A stretch of DNA of 64,000 nt from an archaeon (GCA_029258825.1 JAPDKA010000008.1:39548-103547), one strand, 5' to 3'. Positions 8,716 through 18,125 are shown, counted from the stretch's first letter. Program-made: numbers and translations. Notes: a model not told the origin generated them from the sequence alone.

Positions 8716-10039
8716 GTTTTGTTTTTTTCTTTTTTACTTGTTTCTTTTGCTTTGGTTTTAATCTTGCTAGCTTTATTGTGTAATTTATAGGGTTTTTTAC
8801 ATTACAGGTTTGTCTTGTTGTTGCATCACAAATTCCAATGTCAGCATAATAATTGCGATTGTCGCAGTTCGGTGGCAATATTGTTTTAGTTTGTTTCTTA
8901 AACCAATTAAGTTGACATTTTATATAGCTGTTTGTCAACGGCTTGTAATTTTTTTCATTCCATTCACGCACAATGTTTTCAATTACATCAAAATCTTGGT
9001 TGAGTGTTCTTAGGTAAGTTATCAATACAAATAAAGCACGTTTTCTACCATCTTGTTTAATACCCTCAAGCAATTTTTTTATGCATGGTGGCATTACAGC
9101 AGGTGTTAGCTTATCAATTTTTATTGCTTTGCTTGTTTTTATTTGCTTTGGTAGTTCAACTATGAATTTATTTCTTGTTTGCCAATCTAATGCCTGCAGC
9201 AGCAATTCTTTTGCTTCGTTTTTTTCCGCTGGTTTTATAAAAGGCTTAACAACAATCTCGTCAGGTTTTGCCATGCTTGGCACGAATTTCTTTAGTTTAT
9301 CTTCATCAAGCACTACACTAACCAAACCTGTTTTTTCGTGTAAGCTATATGCAGCTCTATAAAGATGTCTGCTTGATATTAGTACTGTATCGATATCTAC
9401 TACAGAAAAAGGATTAAAGCTGTTGCTTATCATTAAATCTTGTGGCTTTTTGTTTGTTCTTTCGGCAATTTCCTTTAACGTATTTATGCTTAATATAGCA
9501 TTGCTTAATTGTTTTGCTATCAGTTCTTTTAGATAACTTGCTATTAACCTTGCACCTTCTGGAAAGAAATCTTTTGTTTGTATATTTCTAACTTGTTTTG
9601 GGAACGCATCAAAAGAAACAACTATGTGAAAGCCCTTGTTGCCGCTATATTTTATGCCATAACTATGTATGCCATGAAATTTTAAAGCTTCAACAACAAG
9701 ATGTGCTGTTATTTTGCTATACTCGAGAAATTTGCAATCAATGTCAATAAGCAAGTCCCAACCTATGCGCAGTTCATTCAGTTGCTTTAAGCTTAATCCT
9801 GTAGATAGTTGCATTACATCTTTCCATATTTCTTCAGAAACGTGGAAGCTTGTTGCACCCTGATTTGCTAAAGCAATTACGTCATGTTCATACTCTAGCG
9901 CGTCTGGTCTTTTTCCAAACTTATCGTAAAATTTAGCAACAACTTCTCTGTTTCGTGTTTGCTCTACTAATACTTTCGCTATGTTTTTTTGCTTGTAGTA
10001 ACGTCTTGCAATTAGCTGTATTTTTTCTTTTCTGTCCAT
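8699..10039 (-). CDS. priS: DNA primase: catalytic PriS fused to a PriL-CTD-like Fe-S domain
   Basis: AEP primase motifs LLIDIDC (DxD), SGNKGFHIV and SRHLYRAAYSLH. The C-terminal roughly 130 aa is helical with conserved Cys residues (PPCIKKLL..., CQLNW, PPNCDN...GICDATTRQTC). Confidence 0.85.
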   Translation of the reverse strand: MDRKEKIQLIARRYYKQKNIAKVLVEQTRNREVVAKFYDKFGKRPDALEYEHDVIALANQGATSFHVSEEIWKDVMQLSTGLSLKQLNELRIGWDLLIDIDCKFLEYSKITAHLVVEALKFHGIHSYGIKYSGNKGFHIVVSFDAFPKQVRNIQTKDFFPEGARLIASYLKELIAKQLSNAILSINTLKEIAERTNKKPQDLMISNSFNPFSVVDIDTVLISSRHLYRAAYSLHEKTGLVSVVLDEDKLKKFVPSMAKPDEIVVKPFIKPAEKNEAKELLLQALDWQTRNKFIVELPKQIKTSKAIKIDKLTPAVMPPCIKKLLEGIKQDGRKRALFVLITYLRTLNQDFDVIENIVREWNEKNYKPLTNSYIKCQLNWFKKQTKTILPPNCDNRNYYADIGICDATTRQTCNVKNPINYTIKLARLKPKQKKQVKKKKTKHETTA

Positions 10040-10085
10040 AACTGTGAATTGGTTTGTGATATTATAATCTTTTCTGTTTTATGTT

Positions 10086-11234
10086 TTAAAGAATCAATAT
10101 TCTCCACCCTCTTTCTTTAGCAATCTTCTCATAAATAGAATAAATCCTATTAGCTTTATCTGCAATCACTCTCCAATCCCTATCTTCTTTCATAGACTCG
10201 GCAATAGCAATGATATCATTAATTCCATATTGCTTTAACAATCTCTTTGCCTTTTCTCCTTTTATTAATTCCTTAATATATCCATGACCATTCAAGATGC
10301 CTTCTCCCACAATATTATATAGTATGACTTGATCAACCAATCCATGACTTAATGCAACCAAACTAAGAGCAAAATCTCCCTTAATATCCACCCCAACCAC
10401 TTGATTAGCTTTCCCACCATATGATACAACCTCATTAAGAGCCCAATATCCCTCAATACCTGCTCCAATCACTTGACTAACCCACCCACCATATGATGCA
10501 ACACTACCAAGAGCATTACCTTCCTTAATCCCTACCCCAATAACTTGATTAACCTTCCCATTATTCGATGCAACACTATGAAGAGTAAGATTTCCCTTAA
10601 TCCCTACCCCAATAACTTGATTAACCATCCCATTATTATATGATGCAACACCCCAAAGAGCCCTATCTCCCTCAATATTCACCCCAATAACTTGATTAAC
10701 CCTTCCATCTTCTGATGCAATCCCGCTAAGAGCCCAATTTCCCTTAATCCCTACCCCAACTACTTGATTAGCCCACCCACCTTTTGATGCAACTTCTTCA
10801 AGAGCATGATCCCCGACCAAATTCTTAACTATAACAACATCAGCATACTTAGTATAATAGAATAAATAATTAAACTCATTCCAACCAAAATCAATCTCAA
10901 TAATTGTTCTCTTCCTAAATCTTTTTTTATCCGTTAAATAGCTTAACAACACACCAGACAAGAAACCAACCCTTCTCCAAATTTCCTCATCATAATCCTT
11001 ATTACACTGAGACAACACAAAACCAACCAAATCATCTTCATTATATTCTATTTTACTCACAATCTCTCTAAGTTTTTCTCTTTCTCTTTTAATATCTTTA
11101 TGTTCATACTTGTCCAAATTTATCTTAATTTCCCCTATAACAATCTTATCATTCAACTCCAGCAAATCGTCTAATGCTGTCCTTTCTCTTCTTTTAATTT
11201 CCCTTTCCTTTATTCCTTTTAAATCATCAAACAT
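10086..11234 (-). CDS. solenoid-repeat protein B of the MoxR/vWA operon (382 aa)
   Basis: Seven units of about 24 aa built around NQVIGVxIKGxxAL..VAS. The N-terminal 32 aa are identical to 13046-14245 and the C-terminal roughly 60 aa are near-identical. Overlaps the upstream gene by 8 nt. Confidence 0.8.
   Translation of the reverse strand: MFDDLKGIKEREIKRRERTALDDLLELNDKIVIGEIKINLDKYEHKDIKREREKLREIVSKIEYNEDDLVGFVLSQCNKDYDEEIWRRVGFLSGVLLSYLTDKKRFRKRTIIEIDFGWNEFNYLFYYTKYADVVIVKNLVGDHALEEVASKGGWANQVVGVGIKGNWALSGIASEDGRVNQVIGVNIEGDRALWGVASYNNGMVNQVIGVGIKGNLTLHSVASNNGKVNQVIGVGIKEGNALGSVASYGGWVSQVIGAGIEGYWALNEVVSYGGKANQVVGVDIKGDFALSLVALSHGLVDQVILYNIVGEGILNGHGYIKELIKGEKAKRLLKQYGINDIIAIAESMKEDRDWRVIADKANRIYSIYEKIAKERGWRILIL
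10290..10826 (-). repeat. coding tandem repeat, 7 units of about 24 codons (NQV[IV]G-x-x-I-[KE]-G core)
   Basis: Counted by eye in the translation: WANQVVGVGIKG, RVNQVIGVNIEG, MVNQVIGVGIKG, KVNQVIGVGIKEG, WVSQVIGAGIEG, KANQVVGVDIKG, LVDQVILYNIVG. Confidence 0.8.
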
Positions 11235-11237
11235 TTT
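11138..11237 (-). repeat. 100-nt perfect duplicate of 14149-14248 (5' end of the paralog plus 3 nt upstream)
   Basis: Base-by-base comparison shows the two copies are identical at an offset of 3011 nt. Confidence 0.9.
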
Positions 11238-13044
11238 CGTAGTAAAATTTGGATAGGAGATTTTTCATTATAGTCTTCTTTGAAAATTTTATAATATCTT
11301 CTCTGCTATTACATTTTAATACCTTTATTCCTTCATAAACTCCAGAGGTTTCATTATCATAACCAGGTATTTCAAGATCAAAGCCTCCTGTATGTATTAT
11401 TGTTGGCCTATATTGAGGATTTTCTTTCATAAATTCAATAACCTCATCGATGTTCTTTATCCCTCCATCTGTTATTATAACAAAATCTGTTATCTTTTTA
11501 CTTTCTGATCTTAGATTAGAAACATTTACATGTGCTCTCTTTATTAGATATTTCCTGAACAAAGGATTTCTTTTTACCTCTTCCTCTAACAGTTTATTAT
11601 CAAGTCTTAGATAATCCTGTTTACTCTTTTCAAGGTCTTCTTTAAGCCTCTCCATGTCTATAGATGTACCACCACCCTTATAACCACATAAGACAGCTAA
11701 AAGTTCATCCTCATCATAGCCATAGAAGATTTCACTTGTTTCAGAGTCAAATAAGGCAATACCAACTTTTGCATGACTCCTTAAATAACTTAATACAAAT
11801 ATTGCTCCAGCTATCGTAGCATAACATTTTTCATTTCTTGGATCTGGCATGCTTCCTGAAGCATCCTTATATAATATCAATGTAGGTAATGTTTCTATAG
11901 TAGCAGGATAAAGTACTTTTTCTGTCCTTATAGCCTTTGTTAATCCTGGTAATATCTTACCACCAGAATACCTTGTATCTGTATTGGTTACAGGATCTGT
12001 TAGTTTATAATCTTTTTGACCAAAAACAATATTAACACTTGATATACCTCTTATCCTTCTTGGTCTTATGTATATTCCATATTCCTTTGCAGCTTCTCTA
12101 TAATATTCCACTGTTCTTCTATCAGCAAGTTTTACATCTAAGCTTCCTATACCGATACCAACACCCCTTCCATCACTTCCTTCTTTTTCCTCTTCACCTA
12201 AGAAATGTTTTTTAATCTCTTCATAAACTCCTTTTGGCAATACTACTATCAATTTTCTAATAGCTTCCTCAACTTTCTTTTTAGCATCAATTGGTAAATC
12301 TTCAACATTCTCTTTTTTTATTAATCTACTTCCACCTGATTTACAGGCACAAATTAAAATCTTGTATGTTTTATTCTTTTCTTCCTCGAGTAGGGGTTTT
12401 ATTGCATTTCCGAACATTACCATTTGTGAATATTGAAATCCACAATCTTGTTTAGAATCAATGATTATTCTTTCAAGATCTTTAACAGCTTTCAATATTT
12501 TTTTCCTTGTTTTTCTATCAAATCTATCAAGATTAATGTCAACGTCAATATTCATCTTTTCTTTATAATAAAGCATCAAAGCAGTTATAACCTTCGAATC
12601 TTTAGCTAACATATAAATTGCTTTTAATGTTCTTGCTAATTTTTCTCTATTTATATCTTGGTAATATATAATCATGTTGTTCTCGAAGTCTGTGAAGAGT
12701 GCGTATATATCTTCTGCAAGTTCTCTAAACACCTTTTCAGCTTGATGAGATAAATACAGAGCCATGGAGAGTTCTCTTGGGTGGAAGATATAGTGTCCAA
12801 ATTCATGAGTGAACAATCCTTCAATTACAGTTTCAACATTTTCATGTTGTGAAAGTTGTCTTACAAAATCTTCATTTATACCAACAACAAGATTTAATAA
12901 GTCTATAAAGGCTGTTCTTTCTTCTTTTCTTACTCCTGGACCTTTTATTATTTTAGGCCCATCTAAAGGAGGCCTATAATAACTATTTTTAACATCCTCG
13001 AACTTTCTTATTATCAATTCCTCCAAATTTTGTTTAGCTTTCAT
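11227..13044 (-). CDS. HExxH metallopeptidase-like domain fused to a vWA domain (DUF2201-like architecture)
   Basis: HEFGH at residues 80-84 (nt 12793-12807). vWA MIDAS DASGS at residues 394-398 (nt 11851-11865) and a later IITDGG. Sits between the two repeat-protein genes with 1-nt and 8-nt junctions. Confidence 0.8.
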   Translation of the reverse strand: MKAKQNLEELIIRKFEDVKNSYYRPPLDGPKIIKGPGVRKEERTAFIDLLNLVVGINEDFVRQLSQHENVETVIEGLFTHEFGHYIFHPRELSMALYLSHQAEKVFRELAEDIYALFTDFENNMIIYYQDINREKLARTLKAIYMLAKDSKVITALMLYYKEKMNIDVDINLDRFDRKTRKKILKAVKDLERIIIDSKQDCGFQYSQMVMFGNAIKPLLEEEKNKTYKILICACKSGGSRLIKKENVEDLPIDAKKKVEEAIRKLIVVLPKGVYEEIKKHFLGEEEKEGSDGRGVGIGIGSLDVKLADRRTVEYYREAAKEYGIYIRPRRIRGISSVNIVFGQKDYKLTDPVTNTDTRYSGGKILPGLTKAIRTEKVLYPATIETLPTLILYKDASGSMPDPRNEKCYATIAGAIFVLSYLRSHAKVGIALFDSETSEIFYGYDEDELLAVLCGYKGGGTSIDMERLKEDLEKSKQDYLRLDNKLLEEEVKRNPLFRKYLIKRAHVNVSNLRSESKKITDFVIITDGGIKNIDEVIEFMKENPQYRPTIIHTGGFDLEIPGYDNETSGVYEGIKVLKCNSREDIIKFSKKTIMKNLLSKFYYENV

Positions 13045-13045
13045 T

Positions 13046-14245
13046 TTACCCCCTTACCAAATCCTTCCATCCCTTTTCTTTAGCAATCCTCTCATAAATT
13101 GAATAAATCTTATTAGCCTTATCTATCATCACTTTCCAATCTTTATCATCCCTCATAGATTCAGCAATAGCAATGATATCATTAATTCCATATTGCTTTA
13201 ACAATCTCTTTGCTTTCCTTCCTTTTATTAATTCACCAATAAGTCTAGAATGTTTCAAAACATATTTTCCAACAACATTGTACATTATAACCTGATTAGC
13301 CATTCCATAAAGAACGCCATTTCCCTTAATATCTACCTTAATAACTTGATTAACTTCTTCATATGATCCAACTCCATAAAGAGCAAAATTACCTTTAATA
13401 CAAGCTCCAATAACTTGATTAACTTTTCCACCCTCCGATGCAACCCTCCCAAGAGCATTATTCCCCTCAATATCTATCCCAATCACTTGATTAGCTCTTC
13501 CACGATATGATGCAACCTCACAAAGAGCCCCATCTCCACTAATCCCAACTCCAATAACCTGATTAGCTTTTCCACGATATCCAACCCTATAAAAGGCCAT
13601 ACATCCTTTAATATTTACTCCAATAACCTGATTAACTCCCCCACCTGATGCAACCTCACTAAGAGCATTACGCCCTTTAATATCTATTCCAATAACCTGA
13701 TCAACTTTTCCACGATAAAATGATGCAACCCTCCCAAGAGCATCATCCCCTTCAATATCTATCCCAATCACTTGATTAGCTTTTCCACCATATGATGCAA
13801 CACCGTAAAGAGCACTATTTCCAATCAAATTCTTCACTATAACAACATCAACACACTCAGCATAATAGAATAAATTATTAAATTCATTCCCACCAAAATC
13901 AATCTTAATAATTGTTCTCTTCCCTTCCTTCCAATTCTTCTCTGTTAAATAGCTTAATAACACACCAGAATAAAATCCAACCAATTCCCAAATTTTCTTG
14001 TCATAATCCTTATTACACTGAGACAATACAAAAGAAATCAAATCATTCTCATCATATTCTATTCTGCTTACAATCTCTTCGAGTTTTTTTCTTTCTCCAG
14101 AAATAACTTTTTTTGTAATCTTATTTAAATCAATCTTAATCTTCCCTCTAACAATCTTATCATTCAACTCCAGCAAATCGTCTAATGCTGTCCTTTCTCT
14201 TCTTTTAATTTCCCTTTCCTTTATTCCTTTTAAATCATCAAACAT
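13046..14245 (-). CDS. solenoid-repeat protein A of the MoxR/vWA operon (399 aa)
   Basis: Eight units of about 24 aa of the NQVIG type. Shares N- and C-terminal domains with 10086-11234. Confidence 0.8.
   Translation of the reverse strand: MFDDLKGIKEREIKRRERTALDDLLELNDKIVRGKIKIDLNKITKKVISGERKKLEEIVSRIEYDENDLISFVLSQCNKDYDKKIWELVGFYSGVLLSYLTEKNWKEGKRTIIKIDFGGNEFNNLFYYAECVDVVIVKNLIGNSALYGVASYGGKANQVIGIDIEGDDALGRVASFYRGKVDQVIGIDIKGRNALSEVASGGGVNQVIGVNIKGCMAFYRVGYRGKANQVIGVGISGDGALCEVASYRGRANQVIGIDIEGNNALGRVASEGGKVNQVIGACIKGNFALYGVGSYEEVNQVIKVDIKGNGVLYGMANQVIMYNVVGKYVLKHSRLIGELIKGRKAKRLLKQYGINDIIAIAESMRDDKDWKVMIDKANKIYSIYERIAKEKGWKDLVRG
13262..13834 (-). repeat. coding tandem repeat, 8 units of about 24 codons (NQVIG core)
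   Basis: Eight cores counted in the translation: KANQVIGIDIEG, KVDQVIGIDIKG, GVNQVIGVNIKG, KANQVIGVGISG, RANQVIGIDIEG, KVNQVIGACIKG, EVNQVIKVDIKG, MANQVIMYNVVG. Confidence 0.8.
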
Positions 14246-14248
14246 TTT
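14149..14248 (-). repeat. 100-nt perfect duplicate of 11138-11237
   Basis: Identical on direct comparison. Confidence 0.9.
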
Positions 14249-14263
14249 ACCTTCTATTGTTTT

Positions 14264-15700
14264 TTATTTTCTCTGATGTTTTAGGTAATTGCGGATCATG
14301 GATTCTAATACCAACATAGCTAAAGGATGGTCCGCATGTTTTAACATATCACGAGCTTCTTTCAGATCTTCTTTTGTGACCACTTCTTTTCCTACAAACT
14401 TATTAATAACTTTCCTTATATAGTTAAAAGAAGGATTACCTTGATCAGAAAAGTCTGTATAGTTTTGGTATGCAATTTTTACTAACTCTTTAGCAAGCGC
14501 ATGCCTCAAAGGAAGACTTCTTCCACTATTCAATACCTTCTGGTAGAATTCTTCTTCTGGGAATATTCTTCTTGGTGACGAAAATATAAACCCTGCCTTA
14601 ACATCCTCTATATCTACTTTATCCTTCCCAAGATACCACGCAATCATCTTTGATGTGTTTTCCCAATCTTTCATAAATCTGCCAGCAAACCCTATTTTGA
14701 TTTTCGTTGATAAATATTCTTTATCATGGCTACTATTTGATTTAGGGTCTTCAAACCTATTCCTTCCGTAGTAATGGCTATAATTGGCTTCAGCCAATAA
14801 GCTATAGAAAAACAATTTAGCTTCTGGATCAAATTCTAGAGATTCAATTTGTTCTTTTATTTTCTCTAATTCTCCATTATGGATTAAAGGAAGCCCTCTT
14901 TTCTCGTAAGCTTCATAAGTTATTTCCTGCAACTCTTTTATCTTTCTACATATCTTTTCATGATCATTCTTATTTTCTTTATAAAATTTAAAAAATTCAA
15001 GGACCTTCTCTTCAAGACCAAGCATCTCTTTTATTCTCCTGTCAGCATTCTCTACAATCTGTGCGTCCTCAAGCTCCACATATTCAGGAGGCCATAAAAC
15101 AATTGAATAATTATCAAGAAGATTCTCGTTAAGTGTAAATGTTCCACCGTAGACTTCCGGATTTATAGCTGATACAACAATCTGTTTTATTATCTTCCAT
15201 GAATGATTTGCATAATTCCAAACATCATTTGCAACACCCTCTCTAATCCTGTTTTGTTCCAGCTCCGAGAATCTGTTAAGCTCATCTATAACCAAGAAAG
15301 GCATTAAAAAAGGTAAATAAAGAAATGCAACATCTCTACCTTTATTTAACTCAGCTATATCGTGAGTAGCATATATATCATTTACAGTTGCTCCGGGGCT
15401 TCCAACAACCCTCCTCCAATCAAAAACTTCTATAGGAATTTGATAAAGTAATGAACCAATAACACAAGCAAGTCTCGTTTTCCCTTTACCGATATCTCCT
15501 TCTATTAAAGTGTTATTTCCCATAATAGAATTCAATACTAATAATGTTGTAGTTACTGGAATAAGTCTATGTTCTTTTCCTTCTTCTATTAATTCATAAG
15601 TTGAACTTTCACAGTAAATGTCTGTTGGATGTTCAGCAATCAAATTAGTATTTATATAATCCACAATCTTTCTTACCTTAGCTCTATAGTTAACACCCAT
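14264..15700 (-). CDS. MoxR-like AAA+ ATPase with a C-terminal extension
   Basis: Walker A GDIGKGKT and Walker B FLVIDELNR (MoxR-type DE[IL]NR). First gene of the four-gene operon. Confidence 0.75.
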   Translation of the reverse strand: MGVNYRAKVRKIVDYINTNLIAEHPTDIYCESSTYELIEEGKEHRLIPVTTTLLVLNSIMGNNTLIEGDIGKGKTRLACVIGSLLYQIPIEVFDWRRVVGSPGATVNDIYATHDIAELNKGRDVAFLYLPFLMPFLVIDELNRFSELEQNRIREGVANDVWNYANHSWKIIKQIVVSAINPEVYGGTFTLNENLLDNYSIVLWPPEYVELEDAQIVENADRRIKEMLGLEEKVLEFFKFYKENKNDHEKICRKIKELQEITYEAYEKRGLPLIHNGELEKIKEQIESLEFDPEAKLFFYSLLAEANYSHYYGRNRFEDPKSNSSHDKEYLSTKIKIGFAGRFMKDWENTSKMIAWYLGKDKVDIEDVKAGFIFSSPRRIFPEEEFYQKVLNSGRSLPLRHALAKELVKIAYQNYTDFSDQGNPSFNYIRKVINKFVGKEVVTKEDLKEARDMLKHADHPLAMLVLESMIRNYLKHQRK

Positions 15701-15919
15701 TTTGATTTCTGCTGTATTTTATTTTATCATTATGTCATAGTAATATTTTAGACTATTTAAACTTTTCGATTTTTACCATTATTAAAAGAAAACATCTAAT
15801 AAATTTTGTTTACTTTTTCACTATACTTGCTTTGCTTGTGTAGTGAGGTGATTGGGTTGATAGAAATAACTTTAAACTTTAAGCAAACTTTTTAAATCAA
15901 TCTGGCTTAGCAATTTTGT

Positions 15920-16003
15920 GCCGGGGTCGCCTAATTGGTATGGCGCCAGCCTGCTAAGCTGGTGGGCGTAATGCCCGTGTGGGTTCGAGTCCCACCCCCG
16001 GCG
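15920..16003 (+). tRNA. tRNA-Ser (anticodon GCU)
   Basis: Hand-folded cloverleaf. Acceptor GCCGGGG/CCCCGGC, anticodon stem CCAGC/GCTGG with loop CTGCTAA, long variable arm (TGGGCGTAATGCCCGTG), T-arm GTGGG-TTCGAGT-CCCAC, discriminator G. Confidence 0.9.
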
Positions 16004-16010
16004 TTTCAAA

Positions 16011-16946
16011 ATGAAAACAACAAGATTGCAGACAAAATTAGAGGCAAAACAAAGCAAAAAGCAATCCAAACCAAGCACAAGGCTTATTTTTGGTTTTGTG
16101 TTGTTGTTCGTTGCAGCTTTTTTACTAGGAATGCTTGTTATGTCTAACTTAAATCATAGCAGTACAAAGCATAAAGTTGCTGTGTTGCATCTTGATGGAG
16201 TTATTGTTTCGCAGGCTTTTGGTTATGGTAGGTTTACTGTTGCCAATGATTTTATTGAACAGTTGGATAAAGCGTCCAGTTATGATGGTATAATCATCGT
16301 TATTCATTCTAATGGCGGCTCAGCTTTTGCTTCAGCAAAAATAGCAAAAGCAATTGAAAAACTTAGACAGCAGAATAAAACAGTTGTTGCAGTTATTGAT
16401 GCTGTCGGTTTGAGCGGTGCTTATCTTGTTGCTGCTACATGCAATAAAATTTATGCCGATGAGTTAAGCTTGGTTGGCAGTATTGGGGTTACTGCAAGCT
16501 ATCTAGAAATTGCAGAATTGCTTGAGAGATTTAACATAACTTATAGGAGGCTTGTTTTAGGCCAATACAAAGATATAGCAAGTCCATTAAAACATTTAAC
16601 CGAGAAAGAAAAACAATTGCTAATGCAAAAATTGCAAATAGTGTACGATTATTTTGTTAATAAAGTTAAGCAATACCGTAATGTTAGTGATTCTGCTTTC
16701 AATGGCGAGTTTTTTCTAGGCAATGAGGCAAAACAACTTGGCTTGATTGATGATTTTGGTGGGCTACAAGAAGCGAAACAATACTTTGAGCAACAATTAA
16801 ATACAACAGTTCAGCTCATAGAATTTGCCAAGCCAAAATCTATGCTTGAGAAACTGCTCGATAGAATAGGCTTTGTTGCATATTCTGCTGGCTTTAATTT
16901 TGCATTAGGTTTTGTTAATGCATTGAACGATAATTTTATTGCATAA
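16011..16946 (+). CDS. sppA: signal peptide peptidase SppA (S49 family), membrane anchored
   Basis: N-terminal TM segment. S49 motifs HSNGGS, GLSGAYLVA and VGSIGV are present. Confidence 0.85.
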   Translation: MKTTRLQTKLEAKQSKKQSKPSTRLIFGFVLLFVAAFLLGMLVMSNLNHSSTKHKVAVLHLDGVIVSQAFGYGRFTVANDFIEQLDKASSYDGIIIVIHSNGGSAFASAKIAKAIEKLRQQNKTVVAVIDAVGLSGAYLVAATCNKIYADELSLVGSIGVTASYLEIAELLERFNITYRRLVLGQYKDIASPLKHLTEKEKQLLMQKLQIVYDYFVNKVKQYRNVSDSAFNGEFFLGNEAKQLGLIDDFGGLQEAKQYFEQQLNTTVQLIEFAKPKSMLEKLLDRIGFVAYSAGFNFALGFVNALNDNFIA

Positions 16947-17979
16947 GTGTTGGTTTGATTGTTATTTCTGCTTTATCTGCATTTATTTCAAATTTTACAG
17001 GCATAAACTTTTCTATAGTATTAGCATTAGTTTTAGCATGCTCTGTTATCCATGCTGTTTTGATTTTTATAGGCATTTTCTTTTCTAAAGAAACAATTGC
17101 AGCATGCGCAAGTAATTGATCGCTTGCATGTATGTCAACGCACGGTTGTTTTGTTATTTGTTCTTCCATGTCCTGCAGAAGTTGTTTAGCAATAGCCTCA
17201 CTTGTTTTGTGTTTTTCACATATTTTGTCAAACCCTAGCAATATGTTGTCCTGATTTATGCATAATGTCAAGCTACATCCTATGCTTGCAGTGTTGCAGT
17301 AATGTATATGTGTGTTTATGTTTGCATCATAACATTCAAGCAATTCTTGTGTTGTTTTAGCAAGTCGTTCTGCAACTTTTCTTTGTTTAAGTTGTATTGA
17401 AGCAACAGCAAAAATGCTTGCATTGAATTTTTTTCTTGCATTAAATTGTTTATCAAAATTGTAGTGTATTGCTTCAAACTTGTTAAACGTGAAATTGACT
17501 ATGCCTTGGCCCTTCGGCATAAATCCATACTTTACTATCTCAACTTCAGCACTAAAGCCGAGTTTTTTAAGCAATTCAAGAGTAACTGTTTTAACATACA
17601 TTGCAGTAGGGCTGAAACTTACATCAGTTCCACCAGTTATGCAAGCTTGTAGTTGTGTTTTGCATGCTATCATTAATGCTTGCAACAATAAACAAGTACT
17701 GCCGGCAGTACCTATATCAATATTAAGCTTGTTTAACATTGCTTTTCCTGGAATAAAAACAACCTTACTAGAGCTAATAAAATTTCCTTCAACCTTTGCA
17801 TTGCATAATTTAGCTAATGCATTTACAACAGCAAGATGTTGTGGCCTCAAACCTGGTTTTGGTCTTTTTGCTCTGATGTTATAGATTGTTACAGGTTTGT
17901 TTAGTCTTACTGCTAAACCTAAGGCTGTTCTTAATACTTGACCACCACCACTACCATAACTTCCATCTATGTTGATCAT
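16936..17979 (-). CDS. rtcA: RNA 3'-terminal phosphate cyclase
   Basis: N-terminus IDGSYGSGGGQVLRTALGLAV and PGLRPQHL match the RtcA signature. Length of 347 aa fits. Confidence 0.9.
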   Translation of the reverse strand: MINIDGSYGSGGGQVLRTALGLAVRLNKPVTIYNIRAKRPKPGLRPQHLAVVNALAKLCNAKVEGNFISSSKVVFIPGKAMLNKLNIDIGTAGSTCLLLQALMIACKTQLQACITGGTDVSFSPTAMYVKTVTLELLKKLGFSAEVEIVKYGFMPKGQGIVNFTFNKFEAIHYNFDKQFNARKKFNASIFAVASIQLKQRKVAERLAKTTQELLECYDANINTHIHYCNTASIGCSLTLCINQDNILLGFDKICEKHKTSEAIAKQLLQDMEEQITKQPCVDIHASDQLLAHAAIVSLEKKMPIKIKTAWITEHAKTNANTIEKFMPVKFEINADKAEITIKPTLMQ

Positions 17980-18097
17980 CCTTACTGTTTGATGTGATTT
18001 TATTTTATAAAACTTTACTGCTTATATTGAGAATACCTCTTCAAGCGAGATTTAGTAGAAAGATTTAATGCTAGAATTAGCAGGCTAACATAAAATA

Positions 18098-18105
18098 TTT
18101 AAATA
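18098..18105 (+). promoter_or_regulatory. TATA box (TTTAAATA) for 18126-18422
   Basis: Consensus archaeal TATA ending 20 nt before the ATG, which implies a leaderless or near-leaderless mRNA. Confidence 0.5.
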
Positions 18106-18125
18106 TTAAACTTTAAAAATATAAA

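Noticed and set aside
10086-16003. The MoxR/vWA block as a tRNA-Ser-integrated mobile element.
   Set aside because: There is no integrase or recombinase and no duplicated tRNA fragment (att-like repeat) at the far border near 10040-10085. Only the compositional difference supports foreign origin, so I do not call it a mobile element.
15872-16147. Two track ORFs (15872-16078 minus, 15935-16147 plus) overlapping the tRNA-Ser region.
   Set aside because: The sequence folds as a canonical tRNA-Ser, and the ORFs are by-products of the GC-rich tRNA and the sppA 5' end.
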